In this document: one piece after another, positions 24,544-36,799 of the stretch | Layout of the letters: each line of letters begins with the position of its first letter | Position numbering within the stretch: position 1 is the stretch's first letter | Origin: Ramazzottius varieornatus | Lineage: Eukaryota > Animalia > Tardigrada | Assembly (NCBI GenBank): GCA_001949185.1 | Contig: BDGG01000002.1 | Coordinates: forward strand, 961,481 to 1,025,480 | Reading direction: 5' to 3' | DNA: 64,000 nt | Translations under genes and position numbers: made by a program | Notes under the pieces: generated by a model | The model's input: the letters and a program-made list of their open reading frames with translations, nothing else | Told to the model about the DNA's origin: nothing | Databases searched by the model: none

Positions 24544-24836
24544 TAGAAGGCTCAGCGAAGCTCAAATAAGCCGTTCTTAGCCGTGGCTAAAAATATTTTA
24601 GCCGCGGCTAAAGCAGCTAAAATACTTTTAGCCACGGCTATAACGTATTGTGCGTTCGAGTGATTTATTGATGGTGAGTCGGCTAAGATAGTTTTAGCAT
24701 AAATAAATCATTCGAACGCACAATACATTCTAGTCGTGGCTAAAAGTATTCCAGCTGCTTTAGCCACGGCTAAAATATTTTTAGCCACTGCTAAGAACGG
24801 CTAAAACGGCTTATTTTAGCTTCGCCGAGCCATCTA
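24544..24836. mobile_element. Palindromic TA-flanked MITE rich in TTAGCC(A/G)CGGCTAA units, copy 1
   Basis: TAGAAGGCTC...GAGCCATCTA termini with TA flanks; near-identical copy at 62156-62427. Confidence 0.9.
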
Positions 24837-25348
24837 TATTCCACTTACGATTTTTTCACTAACCTTTAGCTATCAAAATCACAAACTAATTCAAAAGTGC
24901 CCTCTGACACTTGGCTTCATTCCTATCCAGCGAAAAGTGGGATCCGATAAGTGATCATGACGGGAGAAATTCCAGAGCGGTAGTCGTTCGATATTTCATT
25001 CGATATTAGAGAACACGCTTTCTGCAGAGGGCACAACAGGCCGGGACAAGCAAACCACATATGTGCCCGACCAAGCAGAATCACACATTTCTGAATGTGT
25101 GCCCAAGGTTAATCATGGCGTCGCACGACCGTTTTTCACCAAAACTGGAACGGTTAAAACTTTTTACACTTCCGAGCGAAAACGTATTGTTGACAAAATC
25201 CACAGTTGGATTTTTCGTGCTGGAAGGTTATCGTTCTTCTTCTGTCACGTCCAACGTTTACCTGGTCTTCATGATGGCTGCAAACTGTTCTCCAGTGACT
25301 TCAGCGACTTCTGAAGGCTTCCCTTTCGATCTTGCTCCCCTGCGATCC

Positions 25349-25650
25349 ATGGACAAACCTCGGAAAAGACGATATGTTCAGACAAGTCCTGGCATGGAAG
25401 CAGCTCTAACTTTGTTAACGATGGGATGTCCGTACGGATGGCCGCCGAGAGATTCAGATACCTCACACAACTCTCGCCAATAAAGTCAAAGGGAAACACG
25501 GAAAGAAGGCTGGACGTCTCAGCACCTTCACGATGGAAGAAGAGGCAGAAACAAGTGAAATCCTTGTCCGCTGCTCCAAGATGGGTGTTCCTCTCGGTAA
25601 ACATACCTTGATCAAGATCGTTAAAGGCATGGCCATTGCACAAGGTAAGC
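25349..25650 (+). mobile_element. Degenerate pogo/Fot1-type transposase N-terminus (psq and CENP-B-type HTH), frameshifted
   Basis: Joining three frames gives MEAALTLLTMG/MSVRMAAERF/QIPHTTLANKVKGKHGKKAGRLSTFTMEEEAETSEILVRCSKMGVPLGKHTLIKIVKG, typical of pogo-like DNA-binding domains. Confidence 0.7.
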
Positions 25651-27217
25651 GTGATGTTGCTCAAATCTTGCTCGTACGAAGAATAACCTTCGGACAACAT
25701 CAGCCACATGTTGAACATAAAGTGCCTGAACAGCTGACTTCCGGTCGAGCGTGCACCAAGGAAAACCTTATCAGCGCTCTTGCTTTTTTTCTAGGCATGG
25801 ACTTTCTGGGTATTTTCCAGTGAAAATTCCAGAAGGGTATCGTTCGAACACAAGACCGAAACGAGGCACGGCACGGGCGAAGGCCGCACTAGCTCCCAGA
25901 AAGAAACCTTCAGTGCCAGCTTCGAAAACAAAAGCCAAGATGCTTCCTTTGCCGAAAACCAAACCTAGAGTTTCTGCGGTACAATCGTAGGCTAAGAAGA
26001 CCTAGATGCTGTTTGAACATTCTTCGTTGTCCTAACTCAATTGTTTAGCTGCTATAGCGTTCTGCATCTCCGCGAAAGAAGAATGTAAGAACTCGGCAAA
26101 CAAACTCGCCAAGATCGTTGCCCCAAGTGGCGTACGCTACCAGTTAATATGACTAGATAGTGCGTCATCTGAAAATACAACATCATTTTCCCAAGTGGCG
26201 CACGCTTCTGGTCCATAGCACTGAAATGTGCACCACTTAAAAAATATTATTCGCAGAATTGCAAAGTGCTAAGGGTGTCATATGTGACAGCGATAGTAGA
26301 AATATAGTCCTTAGGCAGTGTGTGCATATTGTCTTCTGCCTTGATTACTAGGAAAAATCAGAACGGCTAAAACTTTGTATACTCTTCTGTGGGTGCCGTA
26401 TGGCGGTAAATGTGGTCAGCTGATTTTAACCAAGCTAGGCAGCTAACATCGCCGCCTCCAGAACTTGACTGTACAAAGTATGCTCGTGGACGAAGTAGGG
26501 CCTCGCTTCTCGTACTTTGCAGAGGAGCTCATAGAGGCTGTGGAAGGCAGCAGCTCCCGCTGGCTGAGGTGATCGAATAACATTTCCTGTCTGAAACGGC
26601 CCGTTTTTGCTCCTCTTCATTAACAGTATTGGTTACATTTTGTTCATCGTCGCTTGTAATCGAGTGCGACACGCCAAAACCTGGAATATTCAAGCCGGAA
26701 TCAATCGGAAGGCACTTGAATTTCCACTTAGTATGACCATTGTTTGCAGTGCTGGTTTCTTTGGAAATCTGAATGTATTGTGGAACCTGATGCTTTGCGC
26801 TCCTAGACTTAGCACGACTTGTTAGCGTGACCAACGGTGAGTACGTCTACATAACCATACAAGCCCTGCCAAATTTTCCACCCTCTGGAAAGCTCAGCCG
26901 GGCTTTTGAAATTAGCGATGAAGATGTAAGCACCGATCTCCCTAAATGTACTAAGCCGTGGATGTCTTCAATCAAACGCTGGCAACAGTAAATCACGTAC
27001 CGTAATTTCCAGATAACGTTAGACCCCTACCAGTCAGTACTTGTGATCGAACCTCTCGACGTCGACATCTTGATGCCGCCAAGCATTTTCGAAAGGTTTC
27101 CAGAAGTTGAGGCACGGTCCGTGCGCGACTATAACGCGACATACAAACTCCCGCCAAAAGTTGGTCCCGTGTCTACCCTTCAGTGCTTCAGGTCTGAATT
27201 ATGATTAGGGATCGAAA

Positions 27218-27883
27218 TATTGATGTTCTAATATGGGTTCATGAGATCTGATATAATAAAATTAAATATCCGCCGTCCATCAAAGTTCTAATAAGTGACC
27301 ACTACTATGGTAAAACGTCTACCTGATTTAATAAAATATTACTATAGTAGAACTTTCGGGGGTTTGTTATTAAAATATATTTTGATATCGGAGAGCTCGA
27401 CGGAAGATCTGAAGATTCAGAATCACAACCATCAGATTAGCAAAAAGACTGTAATACAGCATGCACCCTGCAAACTGTAACATGGCCGGTTGAAGTGTCA
27501 GACTGTATGCACGTGCACGATGTCTAAGGGTATTTATTTTGCAGTAGCCCTACTATGCTGATGTAGAGGCATCGTTATGGTGTGGCGCATTTTATAAGGC
27601 GTGGTCGCACATCGAGAAACCAACGCATACGCATCGGAACTCAGCAAATCAACCACTTTTTCGAATCAGCGGTAGCGTTACCCGTATTAAAATGTATTTT
27701 ACTATAGATGATGGACAACTTAATAATAATAAAATATCGCACTTCCGGTTTCAAGTTACTAAAATATAAATATTGGAATGCGATGCCCAATCATGTTTAC
27801 TAAATATTACTAAATATAGTAGATGCTCAAACCATCTACTATCATCTACTTTGATATAATATAACTATATTAGAACATCACTA
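27218..27883. mobile_element. AT-rich non-autonomous hAT element, 666 bp
   Basis: 16-bp TIRs TA(T/G)TGATGTTCTAATA; perfect 8-bp TSD GATCGAAA at 27210-27217 and 27884-27891. Confidence 0.9.
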
Positions 27884-28777
27884 GATCGAAACAGGGATGG
27901 GTGGCCATCACCTAACCAGCGGATAACGAGACAGCTCTCGATCCTGTTCATGTCCCGAACGGCCAGCCACCAGAGTCAGAACGAAGACGAACAGGACTAG
28001 CTAGTGCGCACCCGCGCAGTCTATACGCGCTGGTGATTTTGCGCATTTTTTGGTCGGGCGGGGTATAATTGTGACGTAGAATGGCAGAGACAGCACAATG
28101 GAAGCAAGTGGTCGAAGAGATGAAACCGAGGCTCCTCCAGGAAACTTTAGCTTTGTCTATTCGACAAAATCCGTAAGTGAAGAACTTCCGTTCGTTTGGT
28201 TTGAACGTTATATTCAGCAAAAAGAATGGTTCATTCTCACCATAATGACTGCTAAGGTTGTAGTTGGGCGCTACAGTTTTACATTCGCCGGATGTTATGT
28301 CTTTTCAGCAACTTCTGACATGACATGATAGCCTACCGTCAGGCTGTCCGTCTGCCCGACTTTGTTCGGACAATGTCAGAACACGTTCTGACGAAAATAA
28401 ACTCACCCAAACTAAGAAAAAGAAACGGATTAAGAACGAACAGGATCGCATCGCGATCGAAAACGGACCGGACTGAGAACGACCATGGAGTAGACCAGAC
28501 TGCCAACGGCTGCGCACCCGGACCTGAGAACGGTCTCGAGAAATACAGCTGTCGGATGCCTTCCGAGTCTGTTCCATTGTCGTTCTGAAACTCTTCACGG
28601 TCCGGTCTTTCATCGATGGGTACAACTATTTGGGACCATTGCTTTTGGGAAGGTCCTTGAAGAAGCCTTGCTACAGCAAGCCGATTTGGCTGATGCCGCA
28701 GCCTTTGCTCAACGGTTCCGTCGAACATGGCTCAGACGGATTGGCTCGTTCTACGTTAATGCTATCGGCGAAACTCA

Positions 28778-29563
28778 CAAGGGATTCACGCTAGTCTGCT
28801 CACTCTGATCTTCGAACAAATACGACAGAAAGATAGAGGAGAGCTTGCTCCACACACTGAGATAGACAGAATCGGCGGAATAAGATCCTGGAAGACACCG
28901 CTGGAAGCGGGAGTGACGTCAAAATTCAGGGCGGATCATCAGTGTGATAGTAAATCAACCGAATGATTGCCTACTGGTTGTTTTAAAATATTGATTGATC
29001 GCGCTGCACTCCAGCTCGGTCGATTTTGATATCCATCAACTCTGGAGTAAGAACAGAAGCTGGTGGAGTATCTCACTGCAATATTTTGTATTGTTAACGG
29101 CAATGATACCTTTGACCAGTGTCTTCAGCTGCTTGTCAGCCTCGCTCGGTTGATCATCCAGTTGGAAGAACTGCTTGTGGTCGTCCTCCAAAAGCTTCAG
29201 AACATTCAACGGATTGACGGAATCCACAGCGGCCACGTGTAGAGATTACTCAATGACGCAACGAAGAAGGTAAGAGCAAAAAAGGAACAGGTACAACAAA
29301 ACGGGTTGCGCTCAGCTGAGCGGAGAGTGCAGGTGCAACGGGATCAATCAATATGAAATCAACCAGCTGGCAATCAAATCGGTTGATTTACTATCACACT
29401 GATGATCTGCCCTGACTTTTGACGTCACTCCCGCTTCCAGCGGTGTCTTCCAGGATCTTATTCCGCCGATTCTGTCTATCTCAGTGTGTGGAGCAAGCTC
29501 TCCTCTATCTTTCTGTTGTATTTGTTCGAAGATCAGAGTGGACAGACTGGCGTGAACCCCTTG
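28778..29563. mobile_element. Long-TIR (~220 bp) non-autonomous element with a unique internal segment
   Basis: Arms ~28778-29000 and ~29343-29563 are near-perfect reverse complements; TCA flanks both ends (possible 3-bp TSD). Confidence 0.85.
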
Positions 29564-32339
29564 TCAGATCCCTTTAGCAGCCTCCTACTTTAACCATACC
29601 ACGTCGGTCAGGGAGGTGAGTAAACGCTCCATGTCAACTACGGAGAGTGTACCAAAATACACGCTTTCTGAAGTTCCTCGGCCTGAAAGGTGGGGCTTCC
29701 CGATTGGCCGAAATTGCCGAAAAGACTTGGAGTGGCGCATTCGGCAAAGGTCTCCCCTTGAACGAACCTTTCTGTGGAGACGCCGGCAGTAAACCTCAGT
29801 GCCACATTGAAGGTAAACACCGTCTCAATTACCAACAATTCACTGGTCTCATAAGGTCGAATCAGTTGATTTGGCAGGGAGTAACAATCACCTTGTGATG
29901 TGGTTAATACTGCTTGTTGTTTTAACTGTCGCTGTCTTTAGGTAAGAAACACCTATAACTTGGGTTGAAGTACACTCATATCATAGGAGTCATATCGTCC
30001 TCGGGTTGGCAAATTTTAGTCGGCTATTTTGCAGTATGATGCTGCGCCAATGTCGACGCATTCATGACTCCTGGTGGTTATTGTCTCCAGAGTATATTCT
30101 TGCTCGCCCACCATCTATCGTTGTCACCCACTGTACGTAGGAATAAGTTGTCGATACATACATATGTATCGAAATCTAATTGCCGCCGTTCTCCAAATTC
30201 TGAATTACGCCGCTTACAGTTCATTTGTGCTGCAGAACACTCAGATCTGAACGGGAACTAACTTAGTACTGGAGCTTCTTCATGAAAAACGTTGGGTGAG
30301 CTCAATCTATTATGAAACGGATAGAGCGGGATCATCACTGAAAGAGTAGGAAAGTCTGTTCGTCAATCGTGGTCGCAAAAAGATTTGGAAGCTTTCGGGT
30401 GGTCAATGCTTACAGCCTGTCTTCAGTCGGCAGTTTGAATACTTGTGTTCGGTCGCTTTTTGTCATCAGCATTTGAACATTTGCCATCCATTTTTGCCAT
30501 CAGTTTGCGACATTTGCCACCAGTTTTTGCCACAATATATGGACGTCGGCATGGCCTCGCTTACTTCAGACTCTGACACAGAGCCTGTAGCTCGCCGAAC
30601 CAGGATTCACCGACCTACGGCTGATGACCAACCTGGTACTCTAGTCCCTACGGTTCCTTCACGTCGCAAACGCAAGACATCAACGATAAAACCACGTACA
30701 AATGTGGGCGCGGCACGGAAGCATGTATAAACTCGACCAATCCGCTGTAAAGCACTTTCTGACAATTTTCTACGGTTGAATCTTCGTTTAGCTGTCTTTT
30801 CCATCTTCGCCGTCTGGCACATGCTTCTTACTGGCCCAAACTTCCTCGGCGTGCGTGTACTGTTCAAATGCCAACACGAGATCAACCAATGTGAGCAACC
30901 AACCATTTGCTCTCGTTTCGATCGCATCGTCGCAGGACTACTGACCCAAACCGCACAAAAAGTATGCGGAAAAAAGGCGGACAATCATTTGCGCACTGTC
31001 AAGCTCACTGTATCCAACACTTAAGTCACAGTGTACGTAAATCATCCCCTAGGCGGTGAGAGCCTCGATCGGCAAATGGGGCAGGACGAACGTTCGGTGG
31101 ATATGCAGCCAGAATGGACATGAGAAAATGGTAGCCGGCCTTTCGCGGAAAAGGAAGCACAGACCTCCTTTGACGTTAACGGCACTTATGTTGGCTTCAT
31201 TGGCTTGTGCACTCGCTTGGGTCTTTGACTGCCAAGTGTTGCAGTCGGTTTACGATTGACCGTGCCGGCAGAGATATCGAAAAAGCCGTGAAAAATTACC
31301 GAAGAGAGAACTGGTTATTTTTTGGTGTACCGGCATGAAGGCTTATCTTGATCATGACCGTGCACGCCCATGCATCATCTCTTTGTGGACACACCCTTTC
31401 CCGAAGGCTCACCATGTCAGACTCGTTTTTGTTTGTCGTGATGCTATCTCTTGCTCGAAGCTAATCTCATCGCCCAGAGTCCACCGAGTAGATGGTCGCC
31501 TACTGGAGAAGCACAACAACACCGCCTGAACGTTCGAACTTCATTCGAAAAGCTTTACGCATTTTGTGTTTTCCAGACAATCCCACTTCGCTTAGGTACT
31601 GACAACGCTTCATCGTGAAGATACGTTCACCTCTCTGTTGTTATAGGCTTAAGGGATCAATCACGTCAGTATTGGACTGTCAGAATTTGTGTAAATTTTC
31701 GTCAGCAGAACTTATTCGGCGTTGAGCGTTCTTGAAGGACACACCTAGACCAAATTAATTACAAGCTTGCGGCTGACTGTTGCGGCTTTTTGCTCAAGAT
31801 GACGGGACATTCGTGGGCATTCTTCCGTCTTCTGCAGCCAGTTTGGATACGTTTCCTACCGATTGTTTTTTGCATGGCTTCTTGGTCGTTAGCCGATTCC
31901 ACCGGTACGTAGCTCGACATCGTAATTGATCCACTAATTTTTTCTTAAACGTACGAGGAAAGGTTGTAAAGTTAGTCGCCCCATAGCGGGTTTGCAAAGT
32001 TCGCCGTTCAAGTTCGCCTGTTCTCTCCTACTAACTCCCAAACGTTTATGGATAGATTGATAGACAAAATAAGGGACTATCGAGTGATTTTAGGCACAGT
32101 CAACGGGAGGATTTAGAGAATCCAAGAGATCCGCAATAAGAAAAACGTTGAAACCCCATGTTAAAAAGCCTAGACTGACAATCAAATATTCAGTCAAGTG
32201 GTAGACGCTACAGCCATGGCTAACTTTACATGTTATGGAGCGGCTAAGTTTACAATCTTTCCCTCGTAGACAGAGTCGCGACAGAAGAATTATCTGTGTT
32301 TCATTTGAAGCGATAATATACAACACGGCATGCTCCTAG

Positions 32340-34480
32340 ATGAAAACTGCGGGCAGAGCTTCAACGTCACTCCAACTAATCCAGTGATATTGAAGTCTCC
32401 AAACCATCCCAGCCAGTACAACAACCATGCCCACTGTGAATACGATTTCAACGGACCAGACGGAACCAGACTGAAGTTCTCCTACCTAACCTTCGAAGTG
32501 GAAGACCGTAGCACGTTTTACGGACATTGTCACGACCAACTGATCCTCAAGGAAACTGTCAATGGCACGGAATACGAGACGCGGCGCACTGTCAACTGCG
32601 GTATCCTACGGGGGAAGGTTATATTTTCCAAAACGAACTATGTGGTAAGTGGCGACTCATTACTTACAAACCGCTTGCTTGAGCACCTTCGTGTGATTTC
32701 TCTAGAGAGGGGTGTTTACTTCCGATGCTACAAGAACATTCCGCGGCTTCCGTATCCAAATAGAAGCCATTGGAGGACCAACAAATCTCCCCGACTTATC
32801 TCACTCGAATGATTGGACTACTCAGCGTGAGACTAACTTTTGGGATGACGATTATTCCACAGCCACTCCGCCAACCACCATCTCGGCCCTAAAGCGAATT
32901 CAAATGATGAACCAGAGTTTCTTCCGTTGCTCAACAGCTATGCGGATCGACTTCAACGAAACAAAATACATTGCTTCGCCAAACTATCCAGAAAAGTATG
33001 CGAATTCTTTGTACTGCGCCTTTCCCATTCAAGGACCGGAAGGATCTGTTCTGCAGTTTGACACCGAAGATTTCTCACTGGAAGGGCAAACGCCACCTGT
33101 ATGTCGCGACACCTTTTCCATCACCGATTATCCTAGCTTATATCAAGGAAGGTCCGTGATGTACTGCGGATCCAAAGGCCCCGATCAATATCGTTCGGCC
33201 ACCAATAACGTTGTAAGCTTCTTTACAAACAGAGGATTCGAGGTCCGATTTTCACGCAGGGCTCTTTTGGTTTTAGAGAGTTCGCTTTATAACTGATGTG
33301 TCGGTAACGGATCGCGGTTACAACATTTCGGTTAGTGCCATACCCGTCCAGCCGGAGATAACCAACGTTCCGCCTGGCTCCACAGGGACATTTACTTCGC
33401 CAAATTACCCTCAGCCATACCCTTTACTGTCGAACCGAACGTATCACTTCATTACTGCACCGGACTACCGGCTACTCTTCCAGTCGGACAAACTTCACAT
33501 CGAGTACGATGCATCCTGCATGTACGACTACCTGGAATTCATGGAGTTCGACAACTACACGTCGAAATTCACCCGACCTCTCGGAAGGAGATTCTGTGGA
33601 GCGATTCCTAATTTCAACTTACAGTCAGACACCAATCAAGTGGTATGTTATATTTGGCGCGATTTCAGTGATTAAAAGCTGAACAATCAAAGTCAGGCAG
33701 ATCGGTTTTTCCCAAGTGGCGCACGATTCCAGTTGTATTGACTGCAAACGTGCGCCGCTTGGGAAAACGATTCGTTCGAGTTTTTTTGCTGGGCTCTCAC
33801 TCTTGTGTAGGACGTCTCGAAAGCATCCCTCTCTCAGGTCGTCAATTTCGTGACTGATTCTACGTCTCACTGGACTGGATTTAACATCTCGGTTCAAGCC
33901 ATCTCGAAAACACCGCCTCTCTATAATGTATCGGCCAACGGAACTATCTATCTGACCTCCCTCAATTATCCGAGAGCTTACGCGCCATCCACCAAGACCA
34001 CGTACAATATCCTCGCGCCATCTGGATACGTTCTGCAATTTTCCAGCGTATCCTTCGATGTGGAAGGACCTCTATCAGAGAAGTGTCCACACGACTATCT
34101 TCAGTTCTTCGAGCGGCGTGCGAAGAAGGTAATCCGGCTGGACGGGCCAGAAAGATTCTGTGGACGTATCGGCCCGGAGGAACTCAGGTCCACCACGCGC
34201 TATGTGGTACGTAATATAATATCAGTTCCATCTGGCCACTGGGAACTCATGAGTATCTTATTGTTTGAACTTACGTGCTTTAAGTCTAATTTTGCAGAAA
34301 GCCATATTCTTCACCGATGACTCACTATCGCTCACGGGATTCAACATTTCAATTAAAGCTGTTCCTTTGACTTCTCAGCAGCCGTCCCTTGCATCTAAGG
34401 CAGCTCGTCGTAGAACCGCGTTCCTGTTTATTGTACTTGGGTCATCTTTACATCTGGTCGTACAAAACTTGTCACTATGA
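32340..34480 (+). CDS. Four-CUB-domain extracellular protein, probably GPI- or membrane-anchored; 5' exons uncertain
   Basis: CUB motifs SPNHPSQYNNHAHC, SPNYPEKYANSLYC, TSPNYPQPYP...CMYDYLEF and TSLNYPRAY...CPHDYLQF...RFCG. Exons 32340-32644, 32706-33212, 33277-33642, 33838-34206 and 34298-34480. Hydrophobic C-terminus AFLFIVLGSSLHLVV. A candidate signal-peptide exon MWLILLVVLTVAVF lies at 29898-29941. Confidence 0.9.
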
Positions 34481-34783
34481 GGTCGATGCCGCTCATGAGG
34501 CGTAAGTGGTATTAGTCAGTAAATCGAACGCCTTCTTTGTATTCGTTGCAATCGTACAAAGCGAGGAGCTTAAGTGCTCCTTCGAATTACCACGGCAGGA
34601 ATCAACGGTGGCATTAGTCGCGTGATGCCGTACTAGCATGTACGTTGTGCACCGAACTGGTAGCGTGACGTCTGTTCTATTACTGCTTCATCGACCATTT
34701 CTAACCTGAAGAGAACCACGTCTGTCCGAACCATCGGTTTTGACAGGTGAAAAAAGCCCAGGCCCAGTGCTTCAAATGTTGAC

Positions 34784-35317
34784 TTAATACCCTGATTACC
34801 ACCGTACTCATTGTGAGTACAATACGGCACTTTTTCGCTCCCCATTATTTCCATTTTGCCCGGTTTGAATCAAACTGTTTTTCATTGCCTGGTCTGCGGT
34901 CTTATCACCGAAACGCAGCTGATGACCACTGGTCAGTACAACTTTCGCAGGCTGGAAAAAATCCTTACGATTTGGGGCAGTATCCGGAGTATTTTAGGTT
35001 TCCTGTCTTTGCTCGAGATACATAGCTACCATCTGTTTAGAGAAAAATGAAACACTAAGGAGAGCTTCCTCGACCGATACTAGGCTTGGGACAAACTTGG
35101 TGTCATCGGTGCGTCCAGAAAAAATCAAAACGGCCAGGGCTACTTTTCCCCACGTTGGCCTTTACGGCCTGCCAATCTTACAATTTCGAAATTCTGAAAG
35201 TTGTCTATTGGTTAGTTTGGGTTACGCCTTTCCAATTTCGTCTAGTTAAAGTTCTGTGCTCACTTTGAGTACGCTGGTAATCTGCCGGCACAAAAAGCTG
35301 GGTATTCAGGGTGTTAA
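34784..35317. mobile_element. TTAA-flanked MITE (piggyBac-like), copy 2
   Basis: TTAA-TACCCTGATTACC...GGTATTCAGGGTG-TTAA; colinear with 19367-19908. Confidence 0.75.
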
Positions 35318-35982
35318 GATGGCCGTACAGGTGCCTCGAGTGGAAATATTGAATCACATACCACCGCACCTATTCGAAAATCCTGCAGTGCTCTCCAGCG
35401 TCGACCGTGTGGGAGCTGTGTTGACCGACGACAGAAATTCTGCCAGAGAGACCGAAAGCGAAAATCAGAAAGTCTGTAAAATCGTTATTTTGTTTAATCG
35501 ATGAGGACGATAGTTTTGCCAGTGTTAAAAGCTCCAAGAGCGCACATTATGAACTTCTTGTCTGTCAAAACGTCACCCATTAACCTAAAAAGCTTATTAT
35601 TACGCATGATACGCTCTTCGGCAATGGACTGGGTGCTGTTCGGCAAGCTTTTGTTTGGGGCAAAAGTGTTACGATGTCCGAGCTACATCAACGAGGAAAC
35701 TGGTTTGACTCATATGGTTGCTCTTTGTGATGAGAGTGGACAGTACGTCGACGGAGAACCTGAGCACGAGTCTTGACCGTCGCCTTTTGGGCCGAAGAAT
35801 TTAGCTACAGGCCAAAGATGCAGCGCAGGCGGAAGAACACGAGAGAGAAAGCGGTAGATGTCGATGCGCAAATGTTCTTTGCTAGTCGAGGCTGCTGCGA
35901 GAATAGATGATAGAGGAACTAGAGAACAGGTCAGCAACCCGAGCCGCATAGCATCGAATACCCGGATTCGTCGACCACCGCC

Positions 35983-36641
35983 ATGGACTCTTACATCGCC
36001 CTGTTTATCCTTGGATTAACCATCACCTTAACACATGGACTACCATTGGACGAATCTGCTCCGTTATCTCGAGAGAAACGAGCAGTATTTCCATGTAAAG
36101 CTGATGCCTAATTGGTTGAAGGTGGTGTACAACCTGGTTCTGTTCTTGTAGTCGTGCTTGGTCAGTCCATACTGGATATCCAGTGCCAACCTGGTTCCAT
36201 AACGGTCTGTGCACCCGACGGTCCGGCAGCTTGTCCCACAAATTACAACAGCATTGGACAAAAGGGATCATGTGGGTTTGCCACTCTTCAACGGTACCTG
36301 GTCAGCAGTGATATATCAGGTACAAATAGTTCCCCGGACTCACCTTTGCTGTCTCGCCGCTTCCTGGAACGTCTCCTCGATTTTACACTTTTTTTTCGTG
36401 CGACAGGAACATGCTGTGTATATAATACCGCCTCCGCCACAACAGCTGCCAGTAAGATTTCGAGTTTCGCTCTACATTTCACTCTACTTGGTACTCAGCT
36501 CGCTTTGCTACAGGTGCAACCACCGCTGGAGTCAACATTATCCTTCCGCAGATCGTCGCCTACCCAGTCTACGCCCAATATCCGTTTGCAGTGGGTAACA
36601 CCGGTAGCAATGCCGTCAACACGGGTAGCAGTACAGGGTAG
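35983..36641 (+). CDS. 6-Cys family gene 1: short secreted furin-processed protein with a clip/defensin-like domain; C-terminus possibly frameshifted
   Basis: Exons 35983-36094, 36152-36319, 36407-36451 and 36514-36641. MDSYIALFILGLTITLTHG...REKR|AVFPFVLGQSILDIQC...CC...VNIILPQIVAYPVYAQYPF. Confidence 0.8.
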
Positions 36642-36799
36642 CAACACTGACAGTAATCTGGTTCTCACGGCAGTAGTAGCTCTGCTGGTTATGGAAAATA
36701 ATTTCATGGCTGTTTAGAATGTCATCTCTGTTTCTGAGTTCTTCTAGTTCCTGTTTGTTGTGTTCTCGAGGAGTAGTTTTCTGAACTGTTACTGACAGT

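Noticed and set aside
27890-28770. Coding-like decayed sequence, possibly a MULE-type transposase fragment
   Set aside because: No diagnostic motif could be assembled with confidence.
30443-31530. Short ORFs upstream of the CUB exons
   Set aside because: No recognisable homology or consistent splice path; probably decayed repeat or intron sequence.
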